A stretch of 64,000 nt of DNA from Polyangiaceae bacterium (GCA_044376115.1 JBILLK010000008.1:192001-256000); one strand, 5' to 3'; shown: positions 29,021-38,831, counted from the stretch's first letter. Notes: generated from the letters alone by a model not told the origin. Made by a program: numbers and translations.

Positions 29021-29818
29021 TCAAGGGCCGTTGGGCCCGGACGAAGGAGCGTTGGCAGCAGCAGGCTTCGAACGTTTGGCCAGAATCACCGTGCGGCTCT
29101 TGAGCGCGCTGATCGGCGAATCGTCGTAACCGCCAAACGCGGCCATCACTTCAAAGCCCACCGACTGCAGAATCAACCGTATCTCGGTAAAGGCATAGAG
29201 CCTCACCGAGAACATCACCTCTCGCTGCTTGCCATCGCGGACATAGGTGCGCCGGTCGACGAAGCGGCCGGTGGCAATATCGAAGTGGTGACGGTCAATC
29301 ATCATATCGCCGTTGCCCTTGTCCAACACCGACACCTGCGGGATGCGCGTCATCCACTCCCGGGTGCGCAGATCGAGAACGAACAGACCGTCTTCGGCCA
29401 GGGCGCGATGAATGCAGATTAGCGAGTTGATGGCGTGCGCATCGTCGAAGAAGCCGAAGGCATCGAACAAGCAGATAGCGCGGTCAAACGTATATTCTGA
29501 ACCGAAGGTGCCGATGTCCCCGCGCACGAAGGTGGGATTGACGCCAGCGGCCTCCGCATCTTTACGGGCCACCTCGAGGAAGCCCTCCACCAGATCGATG
29601 CCGACGCACTCGTAACCGCGCTTGGCCAAGGCGATCGAGTGACGGCCGTGACCGCAGCCCAGATCGACGATCTTCATGCCCGGCTTGAGCGCGAGATGTC
29701 GCTCCAAGAAGTCGGCCTGCGCCTCGGTGTTCTCCTCGCGCAGCGAGTCGGCCATGAAGTAGAGGTACTCCTCCGCATCGAAGAGATGGGCGAAGTCGAA
29801 GTACATCGCTTGCGACAT
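29021..29818 (-). CDS. Class I SAM-dependent methyltransferase
   Basis: IVDLGCGHGRH, GIDL, FDRAICLFDAFGFF. Confidence 0.9.
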   Translation of the reverse strand: MSQAMYFDFAHLFDAEEYLYFMADSLREENTEAQADFLERHLALKPGMKIVDLGCGHGRHSIALAKRGYECVGIDLVEGFLEVARKDAEAAGVNPTFVRGDIGTFGSEYTFDRAICLFDAFGFFDDAHAINSLICIHRALAEDGLFVLDLRTREWMTRIPQVSVLDKGNGDMMIDRHHFDIATGRFVDRRTYVRDGKQREVMFSVRLYAFTEIRLILQSVGFEVMAAFGGYDDSPISALKSRTVILAKRSKPAAANAPSSGPNGP

Positions 29819-29930
29819 GGTTCGACCATAGTTCAAAGGGCCGGTGCCACAAAGCCTGCGCGCTCAAGCCCAACCGGGCCGAACGCACACACGTGTTCGC
29901 TCGGCCGCTAGCCGTGCTAAGCCGAGCCGC

Positions 29931-31322
29931 ATGGTTAGTCGTCGCGACGCTCTTTTTGCGACCATCGCTGCAGCTGGTGGCACCCTCGCGTTGAAGCAAA
30001 CCGCCGAGGCTGCACAGCGCGTTCCGTCGCACAAAGGTTGGGATGCACGCTACTCGGGTCCCGAGGACGCAAAGGCGCAACCTCCGGGACAACCTGGGAC
30101 GGACTACAGCCCGGTGTGGACGCCCAACGGCTCCACCCTACCCTTCACCGTCGTTGACGGCGTCAAGGTCTTCCACCTCACCGCCGAAGAGGTGGACCAC
30201 AAATTCACGCCGGGCTTTCGCGCCAAGTGTTGGGGCTACAACGGCTCGGTTCATGGGCCGACACTCGAGGCCGTGGAAGGAGATCGGGTTCGTATCTATG
30301 TGACGAACAAGCTCCCAGCAGCCACCACCGTGCATTGGCATGGCGTCTTTCTACCCAACGGGATGGACGGCGTGGGCGGCCTCACGCAACCGGTGATTCG
30401 GCCTGGGGAGACCTTCCGTTACGAATGGACGTTCAAACAACACGGTACGTTTATGTACCATTCACACCACGACGAAATGACCCAGATGGCGCTGGGTTTG
30501 ATGGGCATGATCGTGGTCCACCCACGCAAGCCGAGCGCCGATTATCGCGTCGACCATGATGTGGTGATGATGCTTAGCGAGTGGCTGATCCCGATTGGGT
30601 CGAGCCGCCCCAACCCCAACGCGATGAGCGAGTTCAACGTCCTCACCATCAATGCTCGCGTGTTCCCGGGGACGGCGCCGATCGTCTGCAAACAGGGCGA
30701 TCGCGTGCGCATCCGCATCGGCAATCTGAGCGCGATGGACCACCACGCGATCCATCTGCATGGCCATTACTTCCGGGTGACCGCGACCGACGGCGGGCAT
30801 GTCCCGGACAGCGCGCAGTTCCCCGAGGGCACCGTCTTGGTCTCGGTTGGCAGCACCCGCGATATTGAGTTTGTCGCCGACGCGCTGGGGGATTGGCCGC
30901 TTCATTGCCATATGACCCATCACGTGATGAACCAAATGGGCCACGGGCTGCCCAACCTCATTGGCATCAACGGCGGCCCGCTCGGCAATCAGGTGCAGAA
31001 GCTCGTCCCCGGTTACATGGATATGGGCAGCACCGGCATGGACATGGAGGGCATGCAAATGCAGGTCCCCAAGAACAGCATCCCGATGGCCGGCGGCCCG
31101 GGCCAGTTCGGCGGCATCACCATGGGCGGGATGTTCACCATACTAAAAGTGCGCGAGACCATCGGGGACCGCACCAAAGACCCTGGTTGGTACAAACACC
31201 CGGAAGGCACCGTGGCTCGCAAAGCGACGCCCGAGGAGCTGGCCAAAGACGGCATCGTGCTCAAGAAAGCGGAGCCGAAGACGCCAGAGCCCACGACGCC
31301 TGAGCCCAAGAAGACGCCATGA
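29931..31322 (+). CDS. Tat-exported multicopper oxidase with Met-rich C-terminal region
   Basis: SRRDAL Tat motif; copper motifs VHWHG, YHSH, HAIHLHGH, HCHMTHH. Confidence 0.93.
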   Translation: MVSRRDALFATIAAAGGTLALKQTAEAAQRVPSHKGWDARYSGPEDAKAQPPGQPGTDYSPVWTPNGSTLPFTVVDGVKVFHLTAEEVDHKFTPGFRAKCWGYNGSVHGPTLEAVEGDRVRIYVTNKLPAATTVHWHGVFLPNGMDGVGGLTQPVIRPGETFRYEWTFKQHGTFMYHSHHDEMTQMALGLMGMIVVHPRKPSADYRVDHDVVMMLSEWLIPIGSSRPNPNAMSEFNVLTINARVFPGTAPIVCKQGDRVRIRIGNLSAMDHHAIHLHGHYFRVTATDGGHVPDSAQFPEGTVLVSVGSTRDIEFVADALGDWPLHCHMTHHVMNQMGHGLPNLIGINGGPLGNQVQKLVPGYMDMGSTGMDMEGMQMQVPKNSIPMAGGPGQFGGITMGGMFTILKVRETIGDRTKDPGWYKHPEGTVARKATPEELAKDGIVLKKAEPKTPEPTTPEPKKTP

Positions 31323-31573
31323 GCCGACGAACCAATCGACGAGCGACCGCCGCGTTCACCGCGCTACTGCTTCTCTCGTTATGCCATTGCAATGACGGCA
31401 CCGTGCCCGCCCAAGCTCCGCGCACCTTGCCGAGCAGCCGGCCCGCGATCGGGGCGCTCAGCTCCAGCTTCAACCCCAATGAGCTATTGAACGCGCCCGC
31501 GGCGGGCCACGACCACCACCATCACCATCACGCTGCTCCATCGGCCCAGCCTGTGGTGAAGGAGCCCCAGTGA
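31319..31573 (+). CDS. Small His-rich exported protein/lipoprotein (putative metal-binding)
   Basis: Hydrophobic leader ending LCHC; GHDHHHHHH; overlaps both neighbours by 4 nt. Confidence 0.7.
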   Translation: MSRRTNRRATAAFTALLLLSLCHCNDGTVPAQAPRTLPSSRPAIGALSSSFNPNELLNAPAAGHDHHHHHHAAPSAQPVVKEPQ

Positions 31574-32988
31574 CGCGCACTTCGCGGAACACGTGGGCAC
31601 TCGGCGTCATGCTGTTAGCGGCCTCCGGCTGCGTATCGAGCACGGCCGGGATCGAGCAGACCTCCACGCTGGTCAACGAACGGCTCGGCGTTACGCCCAG
31701 GCTTTCGAGTATGGACGCCGAGCAGGTCCGCACGATCCGGGAGAAGGCGCTCAAAGGGCCTATCGGCGAAAAGGAGGCTGTCACGCTCTCCTTGGTAGGT
31801 AACCCACAATCCGAGCCGCTCTTCGCTCGGCTGGGCATCGCGCGAGCCGAGGTGATGGACGCGTTGCGCCTGCCCAATCCGCAGTTCTTCGGCGCGTTCC
31901 ACAGTCACGATGATGCGCTGACGGTCTCCTTCGGCGGCACCTTGGAGCTGACCCAGTTCCTGTTGGTGCCCTTCCGCGAGCAGGCCAAACAAACAAGTTT
32001 GGATGCGAGCTCGGTGATGGTCGCAAGCCAGCTGATCCGAGAAGCGGCCTCGGCCAAAGCGCAGCTTTATCGCTCTATCGCCGCCGAGCAGCTGCTCGAG
32101 CTGGAGAAGAAGATCACCTTCGCGCACGCGCAGAACGCCGAGCTGGCGCGGCAACTCTCGCTGGCCGGTAACCTGCCCGAGTTGACGCTGCTCGAGCACC
32201 AAGCGCGCTATCAAGAAAGCCGCTTGGGCCTGCGCGAGGCCGAGGCGCGTTCAGCCATGGCGCGGGAGAGCTTGCGCGTGACGCTGGGCCTCGCCGGCGA
32301 GCCGTTCGTACTGCAACAAGCGTTGCCCGCCCTCCCCGCAAGCGAGCCCGATTGGTCGGCCTTGGAGGACACCGCGTTGGCCGCCAGCCTGGATGTCGTC
32401 GCCAATGAGACGGCCTATCGCGCAGCAGCGCGCGAGCTCGACGCGGCCGAAACCGAGGCCTACGTGCCGCGCTTTTCTGCCGGCGTCTCCGCCGAGCACG
32501 AGGGCGACCATTGGAACATCGGGCCGCTGCTCTCCCTGGAGCTGCCGCTGCTCTCGCAAGGCCAAGGTCGCATCGCCAGCATTGAAGCGGCCATGGCCAT
32601 GCAGGCCGCCGCCCAGCGCAGGACCACCATCGTGGTGCAGAGCGCCGCCATCAGTTTGCGCATGAGCGTAGAGGCCAGCCGCGAGCGCGCGGCCTTCTTC
32701 CAGGAGACGGTATTACCCCTACGTAAGCGCATATCCGCCGAGGCCGAGCTGCAATACAACTCGATGAACCTCGCACTGTTTGACCTCTTGTTCGCCAAGG
32801 TCGAGGAGCTGCAAGCCGAGGCCCGCGCCATCCAGGCCCTGCGCGATTACTGGTTAGTCCGCGCCGAGCTCGATTCACTATTAGCCGGCGCCCTCCCCTC
32901 CCGCCTCGCACAAACCAACCCCTCCGCCGCCGCCCCCACCGACTCCGGCGCCTCCCGAGCCAACGTCAACGTCGGCCACGTCCACTAA
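31570..32988 (+). CDS. TolC-family outer membrane efflux lipoprotein (copper-resistance type)
   Basis: Lipobox ASGC; LPNP motif, LELPL, QYNSM...FDLL, ALRDYW; in an operon with the multicopper oxidase. Confidence 0.88.
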   Translation: MTRTSRNTWALGVMLLAASGCVSSTAGIEQTSTLVNERLGVTPRLSSMDAEQVRTIREKALKGPIGEKEAVTLSLVGNPQSEPLFARLGIARAEVMDALRLPNPQFFGAFHSHDDALTVSFGGTLELTQFLLVPFREQAKQTSLDASSVMVASQLIREAASAKAQLYRSIAAEQLLELEKKITFAHAQNAELARQLSLAGNLPELTLLEHQARYQESRLGLREAEARSAMARESLRVTLGLAGEPFVLQQALPALPASEPDWSALEDTALAASLDVVANETAYRAAARELDAAETEAYVPRFSAGVSAEHEGDHWNIGPLLSLELPLLSQGQGRIASIEAAMAMQAAAQRRTTIVVQSAAISLRMSVEASRERAAFFQETVLPLRKRISAEAELQYNSMNLALFDLLFAKVEELQAEARAIQALRDYWLVRAELDSLLAGALPSRLAQTNPSAAAPTDSGASRANVNVGHVH

Positions 32989-33128
32989 AGCCAAACCGTC
33001 CCCGAGAACCGCCAAAGCCGAGCCGCGCACCGCGCGCGAAGGGTTGCACCGCCCGCCAAAGGCTGGCAGCATGCGCGCGCTTTCTTGGGTCGGCAGCGCA
33101 GCCCAGGCAGCACGTCACTCGAAGTAAA

Positions 33129-33201
33129 GCCCTCGTAGCTCAGTGGACAGAGCAGCGGTTTCCTAAACCGAAGGTCACAAGTTCGATCCTTGTCGGGGGC
33201 G
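33129..33201 (+). tRNA. tRNA-Arg (anticodon CCT); CCA not encoded
   Basis: Acceptor GCCCTCG/CGGGGGC; D-arm GCTC-AGTGGACA-GAGC; anticodon loop TT-CCT-AA; T-arm ACAAG-TTCGATC-CTTGT. Confidence 0.93.
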
Positions 33202-33229
33202 CTATTGATGGTCGGGAATGGTGTCGCCC

Positions 33230-33955
33230 ATGAAACGATTTCTTGTGGCACTTTTGGCTGCGCATTCCTGCGGTGAGCCCGAAGCTTCGCGCCAGCAATC
33301 GAGCGGCAGCACAGTACATGCGACAATTGTCTCAAGCCCAGTCGATCCCCCAAAGGCGAGGTGGCCCCGCCCCTTTCGAGATCCGACAGTCCCTCGGGGA
33401 CTCTTGTCTATGGATCATGACGTATTCTTCGAGACCTACGAGGTCCTGCCTCGAGCGCAACGAAACCTCGGCGCCGAACCGCTCAGCTTTGTCGTGGTGC
33501 CAACGATAGAAAGCTCTGAGCACGCGACCTGTCAGACCTACTTCCATAACGGACGAAGTGAGAACGTATGCGCCGTCCACGGCCCTTTGGAAGCCTCTGG
33601 CCTTCAGGCCGCATCGCTTCCCTGGGCGCTAGTCCCCGAGACGGAGCAAGGGCGGAGTGCAATGCTCAATCTGCTGTGCATAGACCTTGCGCTTCGTGAC
33701 GCTTCGGACGGTCGCGGGCACGTCTACGAGAGCTATGCACAAATGCGCGCCGAAATCGACGGGGCAAAGCGTCACGTATTCGTGGCCGTCGGTCTACAGC
33801 CCCCTGCCTTGACCCCGCTTAGCTCCACATCCTGGCCGTCAATATGTTCGCCCCGGTGGGAAGAGCGCGGATATACGCCAAGACCGTCAAGCATTCCTCG
33901 CGATAGTTGGATATTCGTTTGGGGGCGCGAGCCGACTAGTTCCCCGCACGATTAA
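33230..33955 (+). CDS. Hypothetical lipoprotein
   Basis: MKRFLVALLAAHSC leader; no family recognised; visibly lower GC. Confidence 0.55.
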   Translation: MKRFLVALLAAHSCGEPEASRQQSSGSTVHATIVSSPVDPPKARWPRPFRDPTVPRGLLSMDHDVFFETYEVLPRAQRNLGAEPLSFVVVPTIESSEHATCQTYFHNGRSENVCAVHGPLEASGLQAASLPWALVPETEQGRSAMLNLLCIDLALRDASDGRGHVYESYAQMRAEIDGAKRHVFVAVGLQPPALTPLSSTSWPSICSPRWEERGYTPRPSSIPRDSWIFVWGREPTSSPHD

Positions 33956-34200
33956 CCCTCTCCGTGGCCTTCTAAGCCCGGCAAAGCCGGCTCCACGTAA
34001 TTCGGCGCAAGCCGTCGCTGGAGGCGACCGGCCGAGCCACGTGCGCCGATTGCGGATCGAAACGAAAAAGCGAATTGCTGTCGATATGCCAATCGCGCTA
34101 TCAGGGGTGGCGAACCAGTGATTTTGCCCGACGATTCACAGGATGTTGTGGTTTCCCTGAGCTGCAACCGTTGAGCATTGGCTGAAATTGGAGGCCTGTG

Positions 34201-34913
34201 ATGTGGCATTGGAAGCTGAGAGTTCCGTTTACAGGGGTTGCACTGGGCCTTCTAACGCTTGCTGCGTGTGGCGACGGTGATGCGGGCAGTGGCGGCAGCG
34301 CAGGAGCTGGAGCGCAAGCAGGCTCCGATGCGTTTCCACCGGCTTGCCCCGGCTTTGAGACGGAGCCGGGCGCTGGTTGCCCGGCTCCGTGCGAGCCATT
34401 GGTTTCAGGAGGTCCGGGAGGTCGTGCTTATTGCACGACGCCTTGCACTGATTGTCCGGCGGGGTTCATTTGTGGCTTTTCAGCTGGGCCCAAAGCAATG
34501 GACCAAAGCGAACGGGACGTCTGCCTACCGGGTGTCTGCGACCCAAGTGTTCCGACCAGCTGTCCCGACAATCTATCATGTGAGGAGTTCGGATTTTCCT
34601 ATTGTTACCCATCTCCCGGCATCGTCGGCACCCGCTGTGAAGTGTATGTGCCAGAAACTGGAGCAGCTTGCTCTGCACAGTGCCCCTATCGGCTTGAGAT
34701 TGAAGGGGGGGTGCTTTGCACTTCGGAGTGTGAGTTGGAGAATCACCCGAGTGCGTTGGTGATCTAGAGGGTAAAGACGCCTATCCGGGGCTTTGTAGTC
34801 CACCCTGTAAACTAGACGCTGATTGTCCCCTGGGAATTCGCTGCTCGACAACCACCTGCCCCTTCCCACCCTGTTTTGAGAGGGGAATATGCGACTATCT
34901 TTTCTCGCTCTGA
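34201..34913 (+). pseudogene. Cys-rich lipoprotein split by a frameshift near 34740
   Basis: Lipobox LAAC; frame stops at 34767, but the Cys-rich pattern (SPECVG...LCSPPCKLDADCPLGIRC...C) continues in another frame from 34743 to TGA 34911-34913. Confidence 0.7.
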
Positions 34914-35608
34914 GCCTTTGCGCACTTATTGGTTGCGGTGGGATTGTGGTTTGGCCGGGCGATGAAGCGCAGCCGAATGAAGGCGGCTCCGCTGCAGCCG
35001 GACCGGCTCCAGGCGGCTCCACCGGGGTTAACAGCATGGGTATCTGGGACGAGGTAGCATGCCCTGGCTACTTCGACGAAGTGCCTGGTGCGATTGAAGG
35101 CTTAGGCTGCCCAGCGGGATGCCCAATCTGGTTGGATGAACCGGGGCCCGAGCCTGGTCTGGCCAATAAGGTCTATTGTGCAGCGGCTTGTGGGGCGGAC
35201 AACAGCTGTCCGCTGGGCACAGAGTGCTTCGACGGGCTTTGTTTGTTTCGGTGCACGGGGGTCGTAACGTGCCGGCCCAATACCGCGTGCTTTGCCCACG
35301 TAGACTATTGCGCGCCTTTCGTTAATGGGTTGGTCCCGTGTGGGCCATACCTGACGGAGGGCAGCTGCGCGAATGGCTGTTACGCGTCGCTGGAACTGCC
35401 GGATGGGAGCAATTTCTGCACCATTGACTGTGCCGACGCCCTTCATGGGGATGGCGACTGCGTTGCCGGGGCAACGTGTGCTTGGGATGCTCCTCCTCTT
35501 CCAGATGGCCGGAAGCTTTGTTTGCCGATATGTGAGTCAGACGCGGATTGCATCGGTGGATTGACCTGTAAAGACGGGTCGTGCCAGTGGCCTGCAATAG
35601 CGCCTTAG
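34889..35608 (+). CDS. Cys-rich lipoprotein, tandem paralog of the upstream gene
   Basis: Lipobox LIGC; ACPG...GCPxxC...YCxxxC...CPxG pattern shared with the 34201 gene. Confidence 0.8.
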   Translation: MRLSFLALSLCALIGCGGIVVWPGDEAQPNEGGSAAAGPAPGGSTGVNSMGIWDEVACPGYFDEVPGAIEGLGCPAGCPIWLDEPGPEPGLANKVYCAAACGADNSCPLGTECFDGLCLFRCTGVVTCRPNTACFAHVDYCAPFVNGLVPCGPYLTEGSCANGCYASLELPDGSNFCTIDCADALHGDGDCVAGATCAWDAPPLPDGRKLCLPICESDADCIGGLTCKDGSCQWPAIAP

Positions 35609-35712
35609 GCTCTCCGCTCACCAGCGCATGCAGCTACTCACCCAAGCGGCCCGTCGGGCTCGTGATCGTAATCGGCTGCGAGTTCGCCAAGGCCTTTAGC
35701 GCGACGGCTCGT

Positions 35713-36279
35713 CTACGCGACCGGCTCGCCCTCCACGCAGAGCTTCCACAGCTTGGCCGCGAGGGCCCGCACGACGGGCGAGGCATCGTCGCGTAGGTGA
35801 AGCTCGAGCCCCACGGCGAGTTCGAGCCGCGACCAGCGCTTCTCGGCGCCGACTGCGACCGCCGCCCCACCCGTCGGCGCTAACGCGGCGGGTGCGCCCA
35901 CCGCGATCCCCAGCGCCGTTGCCAGCCGACCCGGCGTGAGGTTGCGTTTGACGAGCGCCTCCAGAGCCTCCGGGGTCGCGTCGGCGAGTCGCTTCTTGAT
36001 CGCGTCGAGCCCCAGCGATTCGAAGGCGCGGAGCGTACGCGCTGCCACGAGGCGCAGCAGATGCGCGCGCTCGTAACGTGTCCCCGGTCCGCGGACCTTC
36101 GGCGGTGGGATGACCCCACGCTCCATGTAGAAGCGCACCGTCCGCGTCGTCGTGCCAGCCAACGCCGCGAGGTCTTGTAGCGACAAACCCGGCTTGGGGC
36201 GCAGCTTCCTCAGCTCGCGGGCGCGTTTGATGCCCTCCTTTTGCCGCCGTTTCCACTCAACATGGGTGATCCGGGCCAT
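35713..36279 (-). CDS. MerR-family HTH transcriptional regulator
   Basis: LSLQDLAALAGTTTRTVRFYMERGVIPPP...YERAHLLRL; C-terminal RWSRLELAVGLELH. Confidence 0.85.
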   Translation of the reverse strand: MARITHVEWKRRQKEGIKRARELRKLRPKPGLSLQDLAALAGTTTRTVRFYMERGVIPPPKVRGPGTRYERAHLLRLVAARTLRAFESLGLDAIKKRLADATPEALEALVKRNLTPGRLATALGIAVGAPAALAPTGGAAVAVGAEKRWSRLELAVGLELHLRDDASPVVRALAAKLWKLCVEGEPVA

Positions 36280-36339
36280 CTCGCCACTCTAGCGCCTGGG
36301 GAGGCGTAAAGAGCGCTTTTATTAACCAGCGAGCGGCGC

Positions 36340-36403
36340 GAAAGAACGCTCCGACCGTTCTTTCCTGACAGTGTCGCGTCTCCGGAGAACATCAGAATGT
36401 TCT
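36340..36403. promoter_or_regulatory. Two operator-like inverted repeats upstream of the MerR-family gene
   Basis: GAAAGAACG-N7-CGTTCTTTC (36340-36364) and AGAACAT-N4-ATGTTCT (36386-36403) in an AT-richer spacer. Confidence 0.5.
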
Positions 36404-36668
36404 TTTTACCCAGCGACTGAAATATTAGGCGGCATCGAGCGCTTCATTTGGCCACCTCATGGCGCTTTAGAAGGTTCAGGCGTTGCTCGGCCGCTGTTGG
36501 CTGGCGTAATAGAACCATCGTACCGTACTCATCGAGCCATCTCATGGGTCGATAGACCGTTACCCACCGCCAAGGCATCGACATCCGCGTGATCGCACGG
36601 GAGGAGCTAATCGTGCTGGTGATGCGCTACCTCGCGTGCGAGCCGAGCGAGTAGGCGGCTAGTTCAAA

Positions 36669-37304
36669 TCAGAGCGAGGACTCCGCAGTCTGCCAATTCG
36701 GAAGCGCCACTTCCAAGTTCGGAATCATGCGAGCGCGGCGACCTATCTCGTTGTGAACGATCGCTTGGTCGAAGGTCGTGTTTCCCAGCAGAACCTCGGG
36801 ATCGAGTTCGAAGGACAAGCGGGTGAATTCTGGTCCGGGGGCGGGCACGGGCTCTTTGTGTGAGACGAGGACTCCACGAGCGAACTCGAACGATGCGCTC
36901 CGCTCTTTGTGAGAAACCTCGAGACTCACGTGCGAGCAGCAAGCATTCATAACGGCCAGCCCGAGTTCGCAGAAGCTCGAGCCAACGTCGATATGCTTCT
37001 TCCGATTCGAGCAACCCGCGTGAAGGACGAGGAAAACGAGAGCGACGTACGAGCGTGTCGCCCGGTCGATATCGAGGGGCATGCCGGCGTTGTACGAAAC
37101 ACACGCACGCTGTGAAGTTGTGCCTTCGAGGGACACGCGAATCTTGCGACCACCGACGGCTTCATCCACGGCGTGACACATCGCCTGGGCCATCAGGCGC
37201 GCGGGAAGGCTCGGGCTCATGAGGTCGCCCAGGTACAACCCCGGCCGGTGCCGAACGGCCTCCAGACCCTCGAGCGCCTCAATCTTGCTGGGGTCGTAGG
37301 ACAT
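36669..37304 (-). CDS. Stand-alone GyrB/ParE N-terminal (GHKL) domain homolog, probably catalytically inactive
   Basis: MSYDPSKIEALEGLEAVRHRPGLYLG, AVDEA, GMP, LHAG, GLAVMNA, TRLSFELDPEV; only 211 aa. Confidence 0.8.
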   Translation of the reverse strand: MSYDPSKIEALEGLEAVRHRPGLYLGDLMSPSLPARLMAQAMCHAVDEAVGGRKIRVSLEGTTSQRACVSYNAGMPLDIDRATRSYVALVFLVLHAGCSNRKKHIDVGSSFCELGLAVMNACCSHVSLEVSHKERSASFEFARGVLVSHKEPVPAPGPEFTRLSFELDPEVLLGNTTFDQAIVHNEIGRRARMIPNLEVALPNWQTAESSL

Positions 37305-37542
37305 CGTGATCGTTGGGAACCTACTGGCGTTCGGCGGCGGCTGCCATACGGAGCGAAGCGCGGAAGCGCGGGGCTCCGCAATCACCTTTGGAGCAGAACG
37401 CGGGGGGAAATAAGGGCAGGATGCGCGAACTGACGATACGCTGAAAACTAGATCGGGCCCGCACGCATGAGCTCACGAGGGCATGCGGAGAATCACGCTA
37501 CTCGTCTGGCGAGAGCACGCGTTTCGCCTCGCCACGAGGACC

Positions 37543-38331
37543 TCAAAGCGCGTAGACGATCTTCGCATACTCCTCGAGGCAGCCTTCGTTCCAGAACGAG
37601 TAGTCCCGGGGAAACTCGAGTTCTTCGGCGTCCTCGAGCACGTCGTAGGCTTCGTCGGAGAGCTTGCCGCGGGCGAGGGCGAGGCAGAGGGCGGCCGCAG
37701 TCCGTTCGACGACGTCTTCGGCGCCGAGCGAGGTTGCGGTGTCGGCGGGCGACTTGGCGTGCTGAAGCCGCGCGGTCAATCCCTCCGCGAGAAGCAGGCT
37801 CGCACGGGTGCGGTGTGAGCTCTCGCGTCGTCGCTGGGCCGTGAGTGCCTCGAGGGTCGAAGCTCGTGGAAAGAGCGATGCGAGCAGGGCAGCGGATGCG
37901 CGGACCCGCTCCCCGGGATGGCCCAGCAGCGCCTCGAAGACCGCGGCGCCCGTCGCTACGAGGGCGGGAACGCGAACGAAGCTGTCCGCGCTATCGACGT
38001 CGCCATCACGCGTTGGCACGCCCTTTACGAGGTATTCCTTGCCTCGAAACGTGGCGAAGTCTCGGAGCAAGGTCAGCGCGGCCTCGACGGAGGCGGGCAT
38101 AGAGCCCGGGTCGCACGCGATCTCGAGAATGCGCGGGACCGCCGCTGCCGTGGCTGTGAACACGACGTGATCCTCGCGATGGACCAAGAGTGTCAGCAGG
38201 GAGACCTGGGCAGCCTCCGCCTTCATTCCATCTGCGAGGGCAGAGAGGTGCCTCGGGACCTCGCTCGCTGGGCCAACCCTGCACTCGAGCTCGGCCCACG
38301 CCGGTTCTTCAGCCATTTGCATCTTCCTCAC
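37543..38331 (-). CDS. HEAT-like helical repeat protein
   Basis: WAELECRVGPASEVP...ATAAAVP...LLGHPGERVRASAALL. Confidence 0.6.
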   Translation of the reverse strand: MRKMQMAEEPAWAELECRVGPASEVPRHLSALADGMKAEAAQVSLLTLLVHREDHVVFTATAAAVPRILEIACDPGSMPASVEAALTLLRDFATFRGKEYLVKGVPTRDGDVDSADSFVRVPALVATGAAVFEALLGHPGERVRASAALLASLFPRASTLEALTAQRRRESSHRTRASLLLAEGLTARLQHAKSPADTATSLGAEDVVERTAAALCLALARGKLSDEAYDVLEDAEELEFPRDYSFWNEGCLEEYAKIVYAL

Positions 38332-38373
38332 GGTTTCGTTGGTCTCGCTCTCGGCTGCCTTCCTCGCAAACCG

Positions 38374-38691
38374 TCAGCGGTAGGGAGCGTCCGTCGGTCG
38401 CACTGCGATGCGGATCTGGCCGAGCTTCGCCGCGCGCTCGAAAGGCGCGGCGAAGTCCTTCGCGTACCACTCGGTAAGACCGCAAGCCGAACAGACCCAT
38501 GCTTCGAAGGTTCCGATGGCGGCGCGGTGGCGGTTCTTACCCGCCATACCGACGTCTAGCTCGGCCACCGGAAGGGTCGCCACACTCAGGGGGACGATCC
38601 CGTTGATGCTGTCGTGATCGGGCTGGTGGACCTTGTCGATGACATAGAGCTTTTCACACGCGCACTTTGGGCAACGGCCGGAGAGCTTCAT
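38374..38691 (-). CDS. Small zinc-ribbon protein
   Basis: CPKC...CSACGLTEWY. Confidence 0.75.
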   Translation of the reverse strand: MKLSGRCPKCACEKLYVIDKVHQPDHDSINGIVPLSVATLPVAELDVGMAGKNRHRAAIGTFEAWVCSACGLTEWYAKDFAAPFERAAKLGQIRIAVRPTDAPYR

Positions 38692-38831
38692 CGCTGGATC
38701 CTATCCAATAGCTCCCCTGATGCTTTGAATTCTGCCTAGAACAATCGTCTCTGCCTAGCCTGGTTCTTCGCTTTCTTCGCCGCACACTGCTCGCCTTCGC
38801 GCCCGCGGGGGGCGTGGGGAGGAGGAGCGCA

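Noticed and set aside
33956..34197. Possible transposase remnant or small ORF after the first islet gene
   Set aside because: No catalytic motif or terminal inverted repeats found.
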